64,000 bases of DNA from Verrucomicrobiia bacterium. Its GTDB lineage: Bacteria; Verrucomicrobiota; Verrucomicrobiia; Limisphaerales; UBA1319. Below the pieces are notes generated by a model. The model saw only the letters and a program-made list of their open reading frames with translations. It did no database searches and had not been told where the DNA came from. The first letter of the stretch is position 1. Every line of letters starts with the position of its first letter. The stretch spans positions 2,048,001-2,112,000 of the forward strand of contig OY760937.1 of assembly GCA_963664225.1 (NCBI GenBank), in the 5' to 3' direction. Positions 17,458-27,467 of this stretch are shown piece by piece. The translations under genes and the position numbers were made by a program.

Positions 17458-19116
17458 TTACCGGACCGGCCCGTTTTTCACCATCACCGCGCTCCGCTTG
17501 AGCAGTTTCTGCTGGCTGACGCAGGCGCCATGGCAGCGGTATTCACAAAGACCGCAGCCCACGCAGGCATCCTCTTTCAAGAAGGGAGCGAGGATGCGGC
17601 CCATCTGTTCGATTTGCTCGGGTGAAAATATGCCTTCAGGAACCGGTCCGGTGGCCAATTGAACCGGGCGCATCTCGATGGCGCGATAGCCGGCGGCGTT
17701 GCATTCATCGAAACAAAGCTGGCATTCGCGCTCGCCGCGATGCGGCAGGCAGATGGTGGTGTCCACGACGGCCAGGCCCATTTGAAAATGGCGCTTGTCG
17801 GCCAATGAAAGCGGTTGAATCGCGCCGGTCGGGCAGACTTGAGTGCAGAAGTTGCAATCCTGGTGGCAGCCGGAATGCGGGAAAATCGCGACGGGAGTCC
17901 AGAGCGCCTCGAAACCGTGTTCCAATCCGGCCGTTTGCAACACCGGACCCGGGCAAACCTTGATGCACTGCTCGCAGCGAATACACAGGTCGAGAAAACG
18001 CTCCTCCGCCACACTGCCTGGCGGGCGTATGGGGTGGGCGCTGGCGGGCGCGGCAAATCGTGTCAGGAGTGCTGCGGCCGTGCCGCCCGCGACGGAACCC
18101 AGCATCGCCCGGCGGGTCAGCGGTTGGCCTGGCGTTACGTTGGATTTCTCACCTGGGGTGCTGCTCGGGGCTGCAACGAAATCAATGGCCCCTGTTGGAC
18201 AAACACCCCCGCAAGTCTGGCAGAACGCACAGTTCAGAGCGCGTGTGCGGAGGTCCGGCTCGATGGCGTCAAACGGGCATGCCTTAACGCACTTGCCACA
18301 CCGGGTGCAACGGTCATTGACCTGCCGTTTGAATCTGCTTAGAAAGCCCGGCAGTGAAAGCAGCGCGCCGCTCGGACAGACGTATCGACACCAAAACCGC
18401 GGGCCGAACAGGCCCAGAAGAAATACCACGGCAAAGCACACGAGCGACACCCACACCGAGGGCGTCATTGGAGGAACCATGCCCCAGTTTTTGGCCAGGC
18501 CAAGTTGCACATTCCCGGCGCCAAAGAGCAGCCCACGCGTCAGCACCGGGATGGCGGCGACGAAGCTGGAAAGGAGTACTCCGCCGCACGCTGACACCAG
18601 CACAGCGGCGAGGAGGTGGAAGCGCAAGTGGACCCACCACCCAACGGGTGGATCTTTGCGCTTGCTGATGCGTTTTCCGACCAGGAAGTCGAACAAGTCA
18701 ATGCTCGTTCCCAGCGGACAGACATAGCCGCAGAAGGCACGCGAAAACATCAGCCCGATCGCCAGCACGGCTGCTGTGCCGAGAAAGGCAGCGTTCCACC
18801 ATCGCGCGGCGATGGCAGTCGAGAGGCCGACCAGCGGGTCAAGCCAAAGGAAGGTCTCCACCGGCAGCCACTCCTTGTCCGGCAGCACCTGACTCGAGAA
18901 CCGCGCGGCGTAAGGCCAGGAAACGAAGAAGAAAAGGTAAAGGTATAACAGGAGGCAGGAGGCCTGGATCAAACGGCGCAAAGGCGCGAACTGCCATGAG
19001 GGACCGATCTTTCGGAGGATTGTGTCGAGAGACTTGCGCCATCCGGCGAATTGTTTCACCCGGCTCGCGGCACGAAAAAGATTCAACGTGCGGAACGGTG
19101 GGCGGCTGGCCTTCAC
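17458..19116 (-). CDS. Membrane polyferredoxin (NapH-like membrane domain fused to NapG/MauM-like 4Fe-4S domain)
   Basis: FCGYVCPLG, WCRYVCPSG, several CxxCxxCxxxCP, RPPG...CIRCEQC; internal TRRAML segment. Confidence 0.88.
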   Translation of the reverse strand: MKASRPPFRTLNLFRAASRVKQFAGWRKSLDTILRKIGPSWQFAPLRRLIQASCLLLYLYLFFFVSWPYAARFSSQVLPDKEWLPVETFLWLDPLVGLSTAIAARWWNAAFLGTAAVLAIGLMFSRAFCGYVCPLGTSIDLFDFLVGKRISKRKDPPVGWWVHLRFHLLAAVLVSACGGVLLSSFVAAIPVLTRGLLFGAGNVQLGLAKNWGMVPPMTPSVWVSLVCFAVVFLLGLFGPRFWCRYVCPSGALLSLPGFLSRFKRQVNDRCTRCGKCVKACPFDAIEPDLRTRALNCAFCQTCGGVCPTGAIDFVAAPSSTPGEKSNVTPGQPLTRRAMLGSVAGGTAAALLTRFAAPASAHPIRPPGSVAEERFLDLCIRCEQCIKVCPGPVLQTAGLEHGFEALWTPVAIFPHSGCHQDCNFCTQVCPTGAIQPLSLADKRHFQMGLAVVDTTICLPHRGERECQLCFDECNAAGYRAIEMRPVQLATGPVPEGIFSPEQIEQMGRILAPFLKEDACVGCGLCEYRCHGACVSQQKLLKRSAVMVKNGPVR

Positions 19117-20096
19117 TTAAGCCCGGCTTGTTTCAAGGCTTGGAATGTGCCGTCCACAATCGCCTGCGAAGTAATGGTGGCCCCGGTGATGCCGTCCACC
19201 TGCACGCTTTGTTTCTCGATGATGCGCTGCGGGATGATTTTAGTGGCATTGAGATCGATTTTTTCCGCGTGCTTCAGATTCACATCCTTGATTTTGCCCG
19301 TGCTGATCGTGAGGGTGACTTCCATGTCTTGTTTGTCCGAATAGGCCAAGGCTCTGCCGGTGTAGTCGCCGTCGCGCAGCTTGGTGACGGCCAGCGATTG
19401 CATCACCACCAGATCCAGCTTGGTCTGCACCTTGGCCGCGTAACGAGGCAGCAGGTGACGCCCATAAGGCTGATCGGAGGTCGGATAGAGGCGGATGGCT
19501 TCGGCGTAGTGTTCCCTGGCTTTGGCGGGGTCCCCCTTCTTCGCGTAAAGATCCCCATATTGTTCTTGAATGCCGGCAAGGCTGGTGATGCGCCATGGAT
19601 TGGGTGGCAGGTCGTTCATCGCCTGGTCCAGAACGTGGAGGGCTTTGGTGTATTCGCCGAAATGCGCGAGGCACGAGGCGTAACAGAGAAAAATGTGCGT
19701 CGGACCGGTGCCGGCAGCTTTCTCAATGTGTTTCGGAAACTCCAGCGCGGCCCAGGCATAGTTGCCGCTCATGAAGAGGTACATTGGAAACTCGTGACCG
19801 TTTCCGATGTCGTTCTTCTGTGCGTAAAGCCATGTCAGCTTGACTCCCTGGCGCACTGACGCGTCGTCCAGCCCGAGCAAACGGCGCACCTCCAGCCGGG
19901 CATCCGCCCAAGGCCTGGCGGTGTCCCATGTGATGGGAGTGGTGGCGATCCAGTCGGGTGGGACTTTGAGTTGGGCCAGGGTTTCTTCGAGGGATGGAGT
20001 CGGGGCGGAGTCGGCTGCTGAGGCGCCCGGAGACGGCATCACCAACATCACGGAGGCGGCAATCAAACCGAGACGCATAAAGAATGCGTGTTTCAT
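19113..20096 (-). CDS. Exported TPR-like protein with C-terminal FMN-binding domain
   Basis: Signal peptide, TPR-like helices, DGDYTG...VDGITGATITS flavinylation motif. GTGA overlap with the downstream gene. Confidence 0.82.
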   Translation of the reverse strand: MKHAFFMRLGLIAASVMLVMPSPGASAADSAPTPSLEETLAQLKVPPDWIATTPITWDTARPWADARLEVRRLLGLDDASVRQGVKLTWLYAQKNDIGNGHEFPMYLFMSGNYAWAALEFPKHIEKAAGTGPTHIFLCYASCLAHFGEYTKALHVLDQAMNDLPPNPWRITSLAGIQEQYGDLYAKKGDPAKAREHYAEAIRLYPTSDQPYGRHLLPRYAAKVQTKLDLVVMQSLAVTKLRDGDYTGRALAYSDKQDMEVTLTISTGKIKDVNLKHAEKIDLNATKIIPQRIIEKQSVQVDGITGATITSQAIVDGTFQALKQAGLK

Positions 20097-20187
20097 AGAG
20101 TGAGTGGACCCTAACTAAGACGCTGCGATTCTGTCAATGGGCCTTATTCGGTGCCCCTCTTGTCCAGTGTCCAGGCCTGGAACGCAT

Positions 20188-20646
20188 TCAAACCACCGGT
20201 TTCTGTGGTGTGGTGGCGGCGGTCGTTTGTGAGGCGGTGGCGGGGACTTGGACTGGGGGTTTGGGTTTGGCCTGCTCGCTCCAGGAGATGACGCCCGCGC
20301 CGGCCACGATGAGGATAATCCCCATCCAGCGCGCGCCGGTCACCTGCTCGCGCAGGATGAAATGCGCCGCGATGGGTGTGATGACAAAGCCCAGCGAGGT
20401 CATGGGCCAGACGAAACTCACATCCGCCTGGGACATCAAATACAGAAGCCCGCAGAAGAACAGCGCCTCGAAGAGAATGCCGGTGAGAATGGAGGGATTC
20501 GTCACGCCGCTTTTGACCAGGCGAAACATCTCGGGCACGGAGACCTCGCGCAGATCGCCGATTTCGACGATGCCCTTTTTCAGGAACACCACCCCAACGG
20601 CTTCCAACATCAGGGCGACCAGCAGAACAATCACAATTTTATACAT
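20188..20646 (-). CDS. EamA/SMR-like small membrane transporter
   Basis: Four hydrophobic segments; DVSFVWP...LREQV...RW-GI. Confidence 0.8.
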   Translation of the reverse strand: MYKIVIVLLVALMLEAVGVVFLKKGIVEIGDLREVSVPEMFRLVKSGVTNPSILTGILFEALFFCGLLYLMSQADVSFVWPMTSLGFVITPIAAHFILREQVTGARWMGIILIVAGAGVISWSEQAKPKPPVQVPATASQTTAATTPQKPVV

Positions 20647-21496
20647 AACTCAAATCCTGGTAGCGAATGCCCTGGATACCCAGGGTTCGCATTTGATCCA
20701 TCACCTTGGGGCTGATCAATGCCGCAAGCTCTTCCGGAGCCTCATCCACGCATGGATGGGAGTAAAGCTCGAAATCCCCCGCCGGCAAACGCGGCAGCAG
20801 GTCCAGCAGATACTTCTCCGTCACGCGGGCGTTCTGGAGCAGGCCGAACACCGCCTGCGTATGGCGAACCCCCGCGCGGTGGAGCACCGGGCGGGCGCGT
20901 CGCGATAACAACGTGAAAATCAGGGCGTGACTCGTCCGGTAAAGCCATTGGCCGGATGTCATCCGCGCATTCATCCAAAACCAGTCCCGGGTGAGGCGAA
21001 ACGCGCGAAATCCGGACGCCCCCGCATGCGACATGAGGAGTTTGAAAACGGCCGGATGCAGGTGGATGTTCAGATGGCCATTCACATGGTCGAGAGGCAA
21101 ACCGGTTTGCGAAAATCGCTCGAATTGAGCCGCAATCTCGGATTGCAACTGGGATTGGAGCGCGCTTCGGAAAAAGAATTCAAAGCCCGCGCGCACCGCA
21201 TTATCGCTGAAGCGGCCGTGCGCATCCGCGAGGTCCGGAATGCGTTCGTGCGGCAAAACCGCATTTCCACAAACCAGGGTTACGTGCAACCCAATGCCCA
21301 GGCGGGGATTGGCCCGAGCCAGCGCCACGGCTTCGTCAAACGCCTCGCCGCCCACCATCAAACTGGCCGAGGTGAGAATGCCTTGTCGATGGGCCTGAAT
21401 GATGGCCTGGTTGCGACTGTGCGAGCGTCCGAAATCATCCGCATTGACGATCAGGCGGGCTCTGCCGCTCTTCGCCCTGGCGTCCTCAGCCGCCAT
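20639..21496 (-). CDS. hpnK: Hopanoid biosynthesis-associated ChbG/YdjC family deacetylase
   Basis: LIVNADDFG, GILTSASLMV, GLHVTL, DHVNGHLNIHLHP; adjacent to hpnD. Confidence 0.85.
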   Translation of the reverse strand: MAAEDARAKSGRARLIVNADDFGRSHSRNQAIIQAHRQGILTSASLMVGGEAFDEAVALARANPRLGIGLHVTLVCGNAVLPHERIPDLADAHGRFSDNAVRAGFEFFFRSALQSQLQSEIAAQFERFSQTGLPLDHVNGHLNIHLHPAVFKLLMSHAGASGFRAFRLTRDWFWMNARMTSGQWLYRTSHALIFTLLSRRARPVLHRAGVRHTQAVFGLLQNARVTEKYLLDLLPRLPAGDFELYSHPCVDEAPEELAALISPKVMDQMRTLGIQGIRYQDLSYV

Positions 21497-22388
21497 AACG
21501 CGCGCCTCCGAGGCCGGCCTTGAGCCGCAGCCACGCGCCTAAAATCAGGGCGATTTTTTGCGCCTTGCAGACGCGGGTCAGTTTGGGTTCCAGCACCCGG
21601 TACTGGCGCTGCTCGATCTTCCGCAGCAATTTCCAATACACCGCAGCCATGAGTTCGGCAGCCATCATGGAGGAGCGATCCTCGCTGGGCAGGGCTTCCC
21701 GCGCCAGCTTGAAAAAATGCCGGGCGCGCTGGGCCACACCCGCCGCCAGGTTGTAAAATCGCACCGAATATTCGGATCGAAAAATCTCGTCGGCAGTCAC
21801 ACCAAACCGTTGGCGTTCGCTTTCCGGGAGATAAATCCTGCCGCGCGCGGCGTCCACGCGGACATCGCGGAGGATATTGGTCAATTGCAGCGCCTTGCCC
21901 AGATGCACCGCATAATCGCGGCAGGCGGGGTTGTGGTAGCCGAAAATCTCGATGCTCAACAGGCCCACCGCGCTGGCCACGCGGTAACAGTATTTTTCAA
22001 GCGCCTCATAATCGGCGTAACGAGGGACATCCAGGTCCATCTCGCATCCCTGGATCAGTTCATCGAACAAGGCGAACGGCAGGCGGCAACGGGCGATGAC
22101 CGGCTGCAATTCACGGTTGACGGGAAATTTGGGATCGCCCGCCAGCAAACACGCGGCCCGAATGTCCTCGCGCCAGGCGGCCAGTTCGGAGCGGCGCTGC
22201 CCGACGGGTTTGGAGTCCTCATCGGCCACATCATCCACACTGCGGCAAAAGGCGTAGAGGGCGGCCATGCCCTCGCGCTTTTCGCGCGGGAGCAGGACAA
22301 AGGCCAGGGCGAGGTTTGAAGCGCTCTTGCGAGTGATCTGCTCGCATTCCCCGGTCATGCCAGCCATGGTGTTGGAGGGGCGGGACAT
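21486..22388 (-). CDS. hpnD: Presqualene diphosphate / phytoene-squalene synthase family
   Basis: LYAFCRSVDDVAD, YCYRVASAVG, ALQLTNILRDV, RGRIYLP. Confidence 0.88.
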   Translation of the reverse strand: MSRPSNTMAGMTGECEQITRKSASNLALAFVLLPREKREGMAALYAFCRSVDDVADEDSKPVGQRRSELAAWREDIRAACLLAGDPKFPVNRELQPVIARCRLPFALFDELIQGCEMDLDVPRYADYEALEKYCYRVASAVGLLSIEIFGYHNPACRDYAVHLGKALQLTNILRDVRVDAARGRIYLPESERQRFGVTADEIFRSEYSVRFYNLAAGVAQRARHFFKLAREALPSEDRSSMMAAELMAAVYWKLLRKIEQRQYRVLEPKLTRVCKAQKIALILGAWLRLKAGLGGARYGG

Positions 22389-22403
22389 GGGCTTGCCAGC
22401 GAC

Positions 22404-22847
22404 TCAGGCCTGCGGTGGCGGGGCGGGCGGGCCGGGAGGCCGCGCGGGAGGCAGGCCGCCGGTTTCGGCCAGCGTGGGGTTGCGGTGACGGTGACTGCGG
22501 CGCATGCGACGCCGACCATGGTGCGCATGCGAGGACCGCTCTTCGTCCTCCGGCTCCTCGTCGGCAGCCTCCCTGACTTCGTTCTCAACAGAAATGGAGC
22601 CCCCATTGCTTTTCGCCTTGTCCTCCGAATGATGGTGGTGGTGATGATGGCTGCGGCGGCGCTTGGAGGATTTGCGGAAAAAGACAGCCCAGACGATTAC
22701 CAGGCTGCAGACCAGAACCACCGCGCCGATGATCAGCAGGATATCGCCAATCATCATGGTCGATGAGGAGTTGATGGTCCCCGCAGAGTTTCCCACAGTG
22801 GCCCGGTCTCCCAAGGCCAGCAATAAAGGTTGAAAAAGGTGGTTCAT
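22404..22847 (-). CDS. Small single-pass membrane protein with His7 and Arg/His-rich tail
   Basis: One TM helix, RRRSHHHHHHH, acidic patch, RNPTLAETGGLPP. ATGA overlap with the response regulator. Confidence 0.75.
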   Translation of the reverse strand: MNHLFQPLLLALGDRATVGNSAGTINSSSTMMIGDILLIIGAVVLVCSLVIVWAVFFRKSSKRRRSHHHHHHHSEDKAKSNGGSISVENEVREAADEEPEDEERSSHAHHGRRRMRRSHRHRNPTLAETGGLPPARPPGPPAPPPQA

Positions 22848-24271
22848 TGATTATCCCGGGCGGATGGACCCGCCGATTCATCATCAAATCCAGGTCCCCC
22901 GCCAATATTCAGGCGCTGCATGCGATATCTCAAAGCATGCCGACTGATCTTTAACTGGTCGGCCGTCTTAGTCAAACTGTAGTGATAACGTTCGAGAGTC
23001 GCCAAAATGACCTCGCGCTCATAGTTGGACAGATAATCATCGAGCGTTTCAGAGGCGGAAATGGAAACGTCCCCCGATTTTCGCAGGCGCGCCTCCAACT
23101 GAAAATCCGGCAGGCTCTCGGGCCTGATTTCAGGGGTGTTCTCCAGGATCACCGCCCGCTCGATGACGTTTCGCAATTCGCGGACATTGCCGGGCCAATG
23201 GTGTGACTTTAGCTTGGCGATGGCGCCCTGGGAGAGCCGCTGGATGGTTTTATTCATCGACCGGGTGAATTGCGTCAGAAAATGCTCCGCCAGCAGCACG
23301 ATATCCTGGTCCCGTTCGCGCAGAGGCGGCGGGCGGAACTGGACCACGTTGAGCCGGTGGAAGAGGTCCTCCCGGAAATGGTTCTGGCGGATGGCATCGA
23401 TGATGTCGCGGTTCGTGGCGGCGATCAGGCGCACATTGACCTGTAGTTCCTCATTGCCACCCACGCGCGTGAAGGTGCCATCTTCGAGAAAGCGGAGTAA
23501 TTTGGCCTGGAGCGGACGACTCATGTCGCCGATCTCATCCAGGAAGATGGTGCCCCCGCCCGCTTCCTCCACACGCCCGAGCTTTTGCTTGAGCGCGCCG
23601 GTGAAGGATCCCTTCTCGTGCCCGAAAAGCTCACTTTCCAGCAGCGCCTCGGGTATGGCGGCGCAATTGATGCGCACGTAATTGGCGGCTCTGCGCGCGC
23701 TCAGGGAATGAAGGGCGCCGGCCACCAATTCCTTGCCTGTGCCGCTTTCACCCAGGATCAACACGGTGGCGTCCGTGGGGGCGACGGTCTGGATGAGCTG
23801 CTTGAGATCGCGCATTTTCGCGCAATCGCCAATGATCTGGTCCAGTTGGTAAATCTCGCTTCCGCGCGCCTTGAGAGTGATGTTTTCCTCGATCAACTGA
23901 TGGCGCTCGGCGCAGCGGGCCACGGCGTGCAGCAATTCCTCCGGCTCAAAGGGTTTGGCGAGGTAATCGATGGCGCCGGCTTTGATGGCTTCCACGGCCA
24001 GCCTCGGAGTCGCATAGGCGGTGATGAGCAGAATGGGCATTTGGGGCCAGCGCTGGCGGACTTTTTCCAGGAATTCATAGCCGCTCATTCCGCCCAGCCG
24101 GGCGTCGGTGATGACCATGAAGAACTCTTCGGCTTCAAGCGCTTTAAGGCCCTGCTCGGCGGATTCGAGCGTCACCACCTTATAGCCTTCATCGACCATG
24201 ACCGCCTCGAGCGAAAGGCGCATGTTCTTCTCATCGTCGATAATGAGCAACGGCGGCAGATTGGGTTTCAT
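22844..24271 (-). CDS. Sigma54-dependent NtrC-family response regulator
   Basis: Receiver domain; GESGTGKE, ESELFGHEKGSFTGA, FLDEIG, WPGNVREL; C-terminal Fis-type HTH. Confidence 0.95.
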   Translation of the reverse strand: MKPNLPPLLIIDDEKNMRLSLEAVMVDEGYKVVTLESAEQGLKALEAEEFFMVITDARLGGMSGYEFLEKVRQRWPQMPILLITAYATPRLAVEAIKAGAIDYLAKPFEPEELLHAVARCAERHQLIEENITLKARGSEIYQLDQIIGDCAKMRDLKQLIQTVAPTDATVLILGESGTGKELVAGALHSLSARRAANYVRINCAAIPEALLESELFGHEKGSFTGALKQKLGRVEEAGGGTIFLDEIGDMSRPLQAKLLRFLEDGTFTRVGGNEELQVNVRLIAATNRDIIDAIRQNHFREDLFHRLNVVQFRPPPLRERDQDIVLLAEHFLTQFTRSMNKTIQRLSQGAIAKLKSHHWPGNVRELRNVIERAVILENTPEIRPESLPDFQLEARLRKSGDVSISASETLDDYLSNYEREVILATLERYHYSLTKTADQLKISRHALRYRMQRLNIGGGPGFDDESAGPSARDNQ

Positions 24272-25650
24272 TTACGCAAATTAATCAAGGACCGGGCTGG
24301 CAACGTGACAATAAAACAAGTGCCCTTGCCCAAATCGCTCTCCACTTTGACGGTTCCGCCGTAAATTTCAACGTTGTGTTTCACAATTGCCAGGCCCAGA
24401 CCCGTGCCCTTGGTCTTGGTGGTGTAATAAGGCTCGAAGATTTTGTCCCGCAACTCAGGGGAAATGCCCGGGCCGTCATCGGCGATCTTGATCGCCACGG
24501 TGAAATTCTCGCCCGAGTGCGCGCTCACGGTCACATTGCCCACGCCATTCATGGCTTCGCGGGCGTTTTGCAAGAGATTGATCAGGATTTCGGACAAATG
24601 GTTGCGCTGCATGAGCAGATTGGGCAACGCCGTCCCGTAATCGCGATGCACCGTGACCTCAAAATGGGCCGCCGCCGGATACACCTGCTCAATGGCGCGG
24701 TCCAACTCTTCGGAGGCGCTGAGCCGCTCCAGCCGACCATCCGCCAGTCGGGCGTAACCCATCAGATCCGTGATGATCCGGTCCGAGCGCTCCACCTCCT
24801 CCCGGATGATCCGAATCTGCTGCGTAATCGTCGCCTTGCCCTCCTTGACGTTGCGCTGGAGGTTGAAGGCCGCGTTATTGATGATGCCCAGGGGATTCTT
24901 CAACTGGTGGGCGATCTCCGCCGCCAACTGGCCCGTGACCCGCAGTTGCTCGCGCCGGAGCGCAAATTCACGCGCCTCCTCCTCTGTGCGCTGGTATTTA
25001 TCCACCAACACCTGGAACGCGTAGCAACACAGAGTCATCATGAACAACAATGCCACCCGCAATAAGAACGGCTCGGTGCCCGTTTCAAATTCGCCGTTCA
25101 GCGGGCGGTCGAACTCATAGATCGCCACATCCAGGAAACCCGCCAATATGTAAAAACCGCTGGTGAGCAGGTTCAGGAGAATTTGGAGCGGCGCCTCAGG
25201 AACACTCACCGCGTTGCGCACAATCAATCCCAGAAACACCCAGAACAGCATGCTGTCGAAGCCCCCGGTCAGCAGGGTCAGCCCGGCCAGGGACAATCCG
25301 TCGATCAGCGCGGTGGTAAAAGCCACCCAGCGAATGAACCCCAATGGCAATTGCGCCATGCCCAATAGCATGATTCCGGCGGCCAGGTTGATGATGACGT
25401 AGAAGAAGAAGAACCGCTGGAGAACCTCCATCACCACTTCCTGCGTGGAGTCCTGGGTTGTGGCTGTGTTATCCGCCCAATGCGAAAAAAAGAGGAAATA
25501 CAACAGGATGCCAATGACGATGGCTTTAACCGGCAATCCCACATTGCGCTCCATGAACCGAAGGCGGGACGCCTCTTCCTCGGGGTCGGGCGGAGTGGTA
25601 GCCACCAGTTTGGGCAGGTTGCGCAATGATTGCCAATTAATGAACGCCAT
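24268..25650 (-). CDS. Membrane sensor histidine kinase
   Basis: Multi-TM N-terminus; IAHQLKNPL H-box, NLLQNA, DDGPG, GTGLGL. Confidence 0.93.
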   Translation of the reverse strand: MAFINWQSLRNLPKLVATTPPDPEEEASRLRFMERNVGLPVKAIVIGILLYFLFFSHWADNTATTQDSTQEVVMEVLQRFFFFYVIINLAAGIMLLGMAQLPLGFIRWVAFTTALIDGLSLAGLTLLTGGFDSMLFWVFLGLIVRNAVSVPEAPLQILLNLLTSGFYILAGFLDVAIYEFDRPLNGEFETGTEPFLLRVALLFMMTLCCYAFQVLVDKYQRTEEEAREFALRREQLRVTGQLAAEIAHQLKNPLGIINNAAFNLQRNVKEGKATITQQIRIIREEVERSDRIITDLMGYARLADGRLERLSASEELDRAIEQVYPAAAHFEVTVHRDYGTALPNLLMQRNHLSEILINLLQNAREAMNGVGNVTVSAHSGENFTVAIKIADDGPGISPELRDKIFEPYYTTKTKGTGLGLAIVKHNVEIYGGTVKVESDLGKGTCFIVTLPARSLINLRK

Positions 25651-25766
25651 TTTATTTAATTACCGCTTTGAGCCCGAAAAAAACAGGAACCCTTGTGGCC
25701 CAGTGAACGACCTCAAATGCCCGCATGGCATCTGGCCAAAAGTCTCAAGCCACTGGGGAATCCATG

Positions 25767-26336
25767 TCAGACCAGACTGTCCGGCTCTTTTATGAGCATT
25801 TCCAATGCCCGGCTGACAATGGCCTCCACGGGCCACAAACGCCCAATTCCCTCATAGCCGCACGCCAGCATACCCTCTTCCGGCCCAATGAATTGCGCAC
25901 CGCGGCTCTTGAGCGTGGCCACATGGCCCTGGGTGGCCGGGTGCAGCCACATTTTACCGTTCATGGCGGGCGCAATCAGAATTTTCGCCGTGGGATTGAG
26001 CGCCAGCGCCACACAACCCAGGGCATTATCCGCCAGCCCAAGAGCCATTTTCGCCAGCGTGTTTGCCGTGGCGGGGGCCACCAATAAGAGGTCCGCCTCG
26101 TCCGCCCATGCGATATGCGGCGGTTGCCAATCGTCGTTTTGTTCGAAGAGTTCCGTGACCACCGGATTCTTTGACAATGTCTTGAAAGGCAGCGGCTTGA
26201 CGAATTCCTGCGCGTCACGGGTGAGAATCACACGCACCTGGCAGCCCTGCCTGACCAGTTGACTGGTAAGATCGATCGCCTTGTGGGCCGCAATGGAACC
26301 CGTAACTCCCAATACAATAATCGGTTGCTTTCGCAT
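25767..26336 (-). CDS. coaC: Stand-alone phosphopantothenoylcysteine decarboxylase (HFCD flavoprotein)
   Basis: GVTGSIAA, APATANTLAK, APAMN, LACGYEGIGRL; no CoaB half. Confidence 0.9.
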   Translation of the reverse strand: MRKQPIIVLGVTGSIAAHKAIDLTSQLVRQGCQVRVILTRDAQEFVKPLPFKTLSKNPVVTELFEQNDDWQPPHIAWADEADLLLVAPATANTLAKMALGLADNALGCVALALNPTAKILIAPAMNGKMWLHPATQGHVATLKSRGAQFIGPEEGMLACGYEGIGRLWPVEAIVSRALEMLIKEPDSLV

Positions 26337-26523
26337 GACAGTGTGCGCGTCACTATACCCAATGCCCCGCGCCAACCCAAACCAATTCTGCAGGCGAGAT
26401 CGGCTTGCGTTACCGCATGAAAGGCACGTATTCCGCCGAACAGCGGCTTACCGTCATGCTTTTGCGGATGAAAAGAGCCTGCGGAAATATCCACACGCTC
26501 CTTGTCGCCGTGCAGGGGCGATC

Positions 26524-26952
26524 TTACACATTGAGTTCGCCATTTTCGTTGAAGGTGAACATGGGAGCCCAGGCAACCTCCCAATAATAGCCGTCAGGAT
26601 CAGCAAAGTAACCGCTGTGGCCTCCCCAGAACTCATCGCGCCCGGGCCTCGCGATCTTGCCTCCGGCCTTTTCCGCCAACGCAAGCACCTCCGCCACCTC
26701 GGCTTTCGTGCGAACATTGTGGCCCAGAGTGATTCCTCCAAATTGACCGATACACGGACGCACTCCCTCGCCAATGTATTCCGCCAGCCGGTCCAGTGGA
26801 TAGAGAACCAGTCGCGTGCCACCAGTCCTGAAAAAGGCAATCGGCGCCCCTTTTTCAACGGTCGTTGGAAAGCCCAGCCCATCGCGGTAAAAGTGAATCG
26901 AGCGCGTCAAGTCCGCGACGCCGAGGGTTACGGTGGAGATGCGAGATTCCAT
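26524..26952 (-). CDS. VOC/glyoxalase family protein
   Basis: RISTVTLGVADL, FWGGHSGYFADPDGYYWEVA. Confidence 0.92.
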   Translation of the reverse strand: MESRISTVTLGVADLTRSIHFYRDGLGFPTTVEKGAPIAFFRTGGTRLVLYPLDRLAEYIGEGVRPCIGQFGGITLGHNVRTKAEVAEVLALAEKAGGKIARPGRDEFWGGHSGYFADPDGYYWEVAWAPMFTFNENGELNV

Positions 26953-27053
26953 ATGTTTTGGTTATTGAACGGCTATCCGATTATAAGGACTGCCCCTGAT
27001 GTGTCAGCCATGAAACAGGGCACCCCCCACTCCCCGACATTCGATTGAGAGCA

Positions 27054-27467
27054 TTATCGGTCTTTGTCTTCACCCTTTGCCGCCTGCTGTTTGATGTAGT
27101 TCCTGGTTGTCTTCGCGATCAAGACCACGGAAAAAAGCAGCAATCCAATTCCGGTCAAAACCCCCAGGCGATCGCCCATGTTCCAACTTATGCCCAGAAC
27201 AGTGGCCCCCACAGTTGCCATAAGGCCAAAAACCACCCATATCCCAATCACCACAACGAGCCACTGAGGTTGTTCGGCAACCCTGCCGAAATGATGGCCT
27301 TCGACCAGCATTGTCGCAACCGGGTCGGCTGAAGCGCGGGAACCGAGTCGGGCACCGCATTGGCGGCAAGAACTGGCGCCGACTGGATTACCCGTCATGC
27401 ATTGCGTGCAAAGTTCCTGTTCCCCTGCTGGAGCGGGATCCGGGTTTTGATGTGAGTTCTCGTTCAT
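27054..27467 (-). CDS. Hypothetical membrane protein with N-terminal zinc ribbon
   Basis: CTQC...CRQCG then two TM helices; ATGA overlap with the upstream hydrolase. Confidence 0.65.
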   Translation of the reverse strand: MNENSHQNPDPAPAGEQELCTQCMTGNPVGASSCRQCGARLGSRASADPVATMLVEGHHFGRVAEQPQWLVVVIGIWVVFGLMATVGATVLGISWNMGDRLGVLTGIGLLLFSVVLIAKTTRNYIKQQAAKGEDKDR

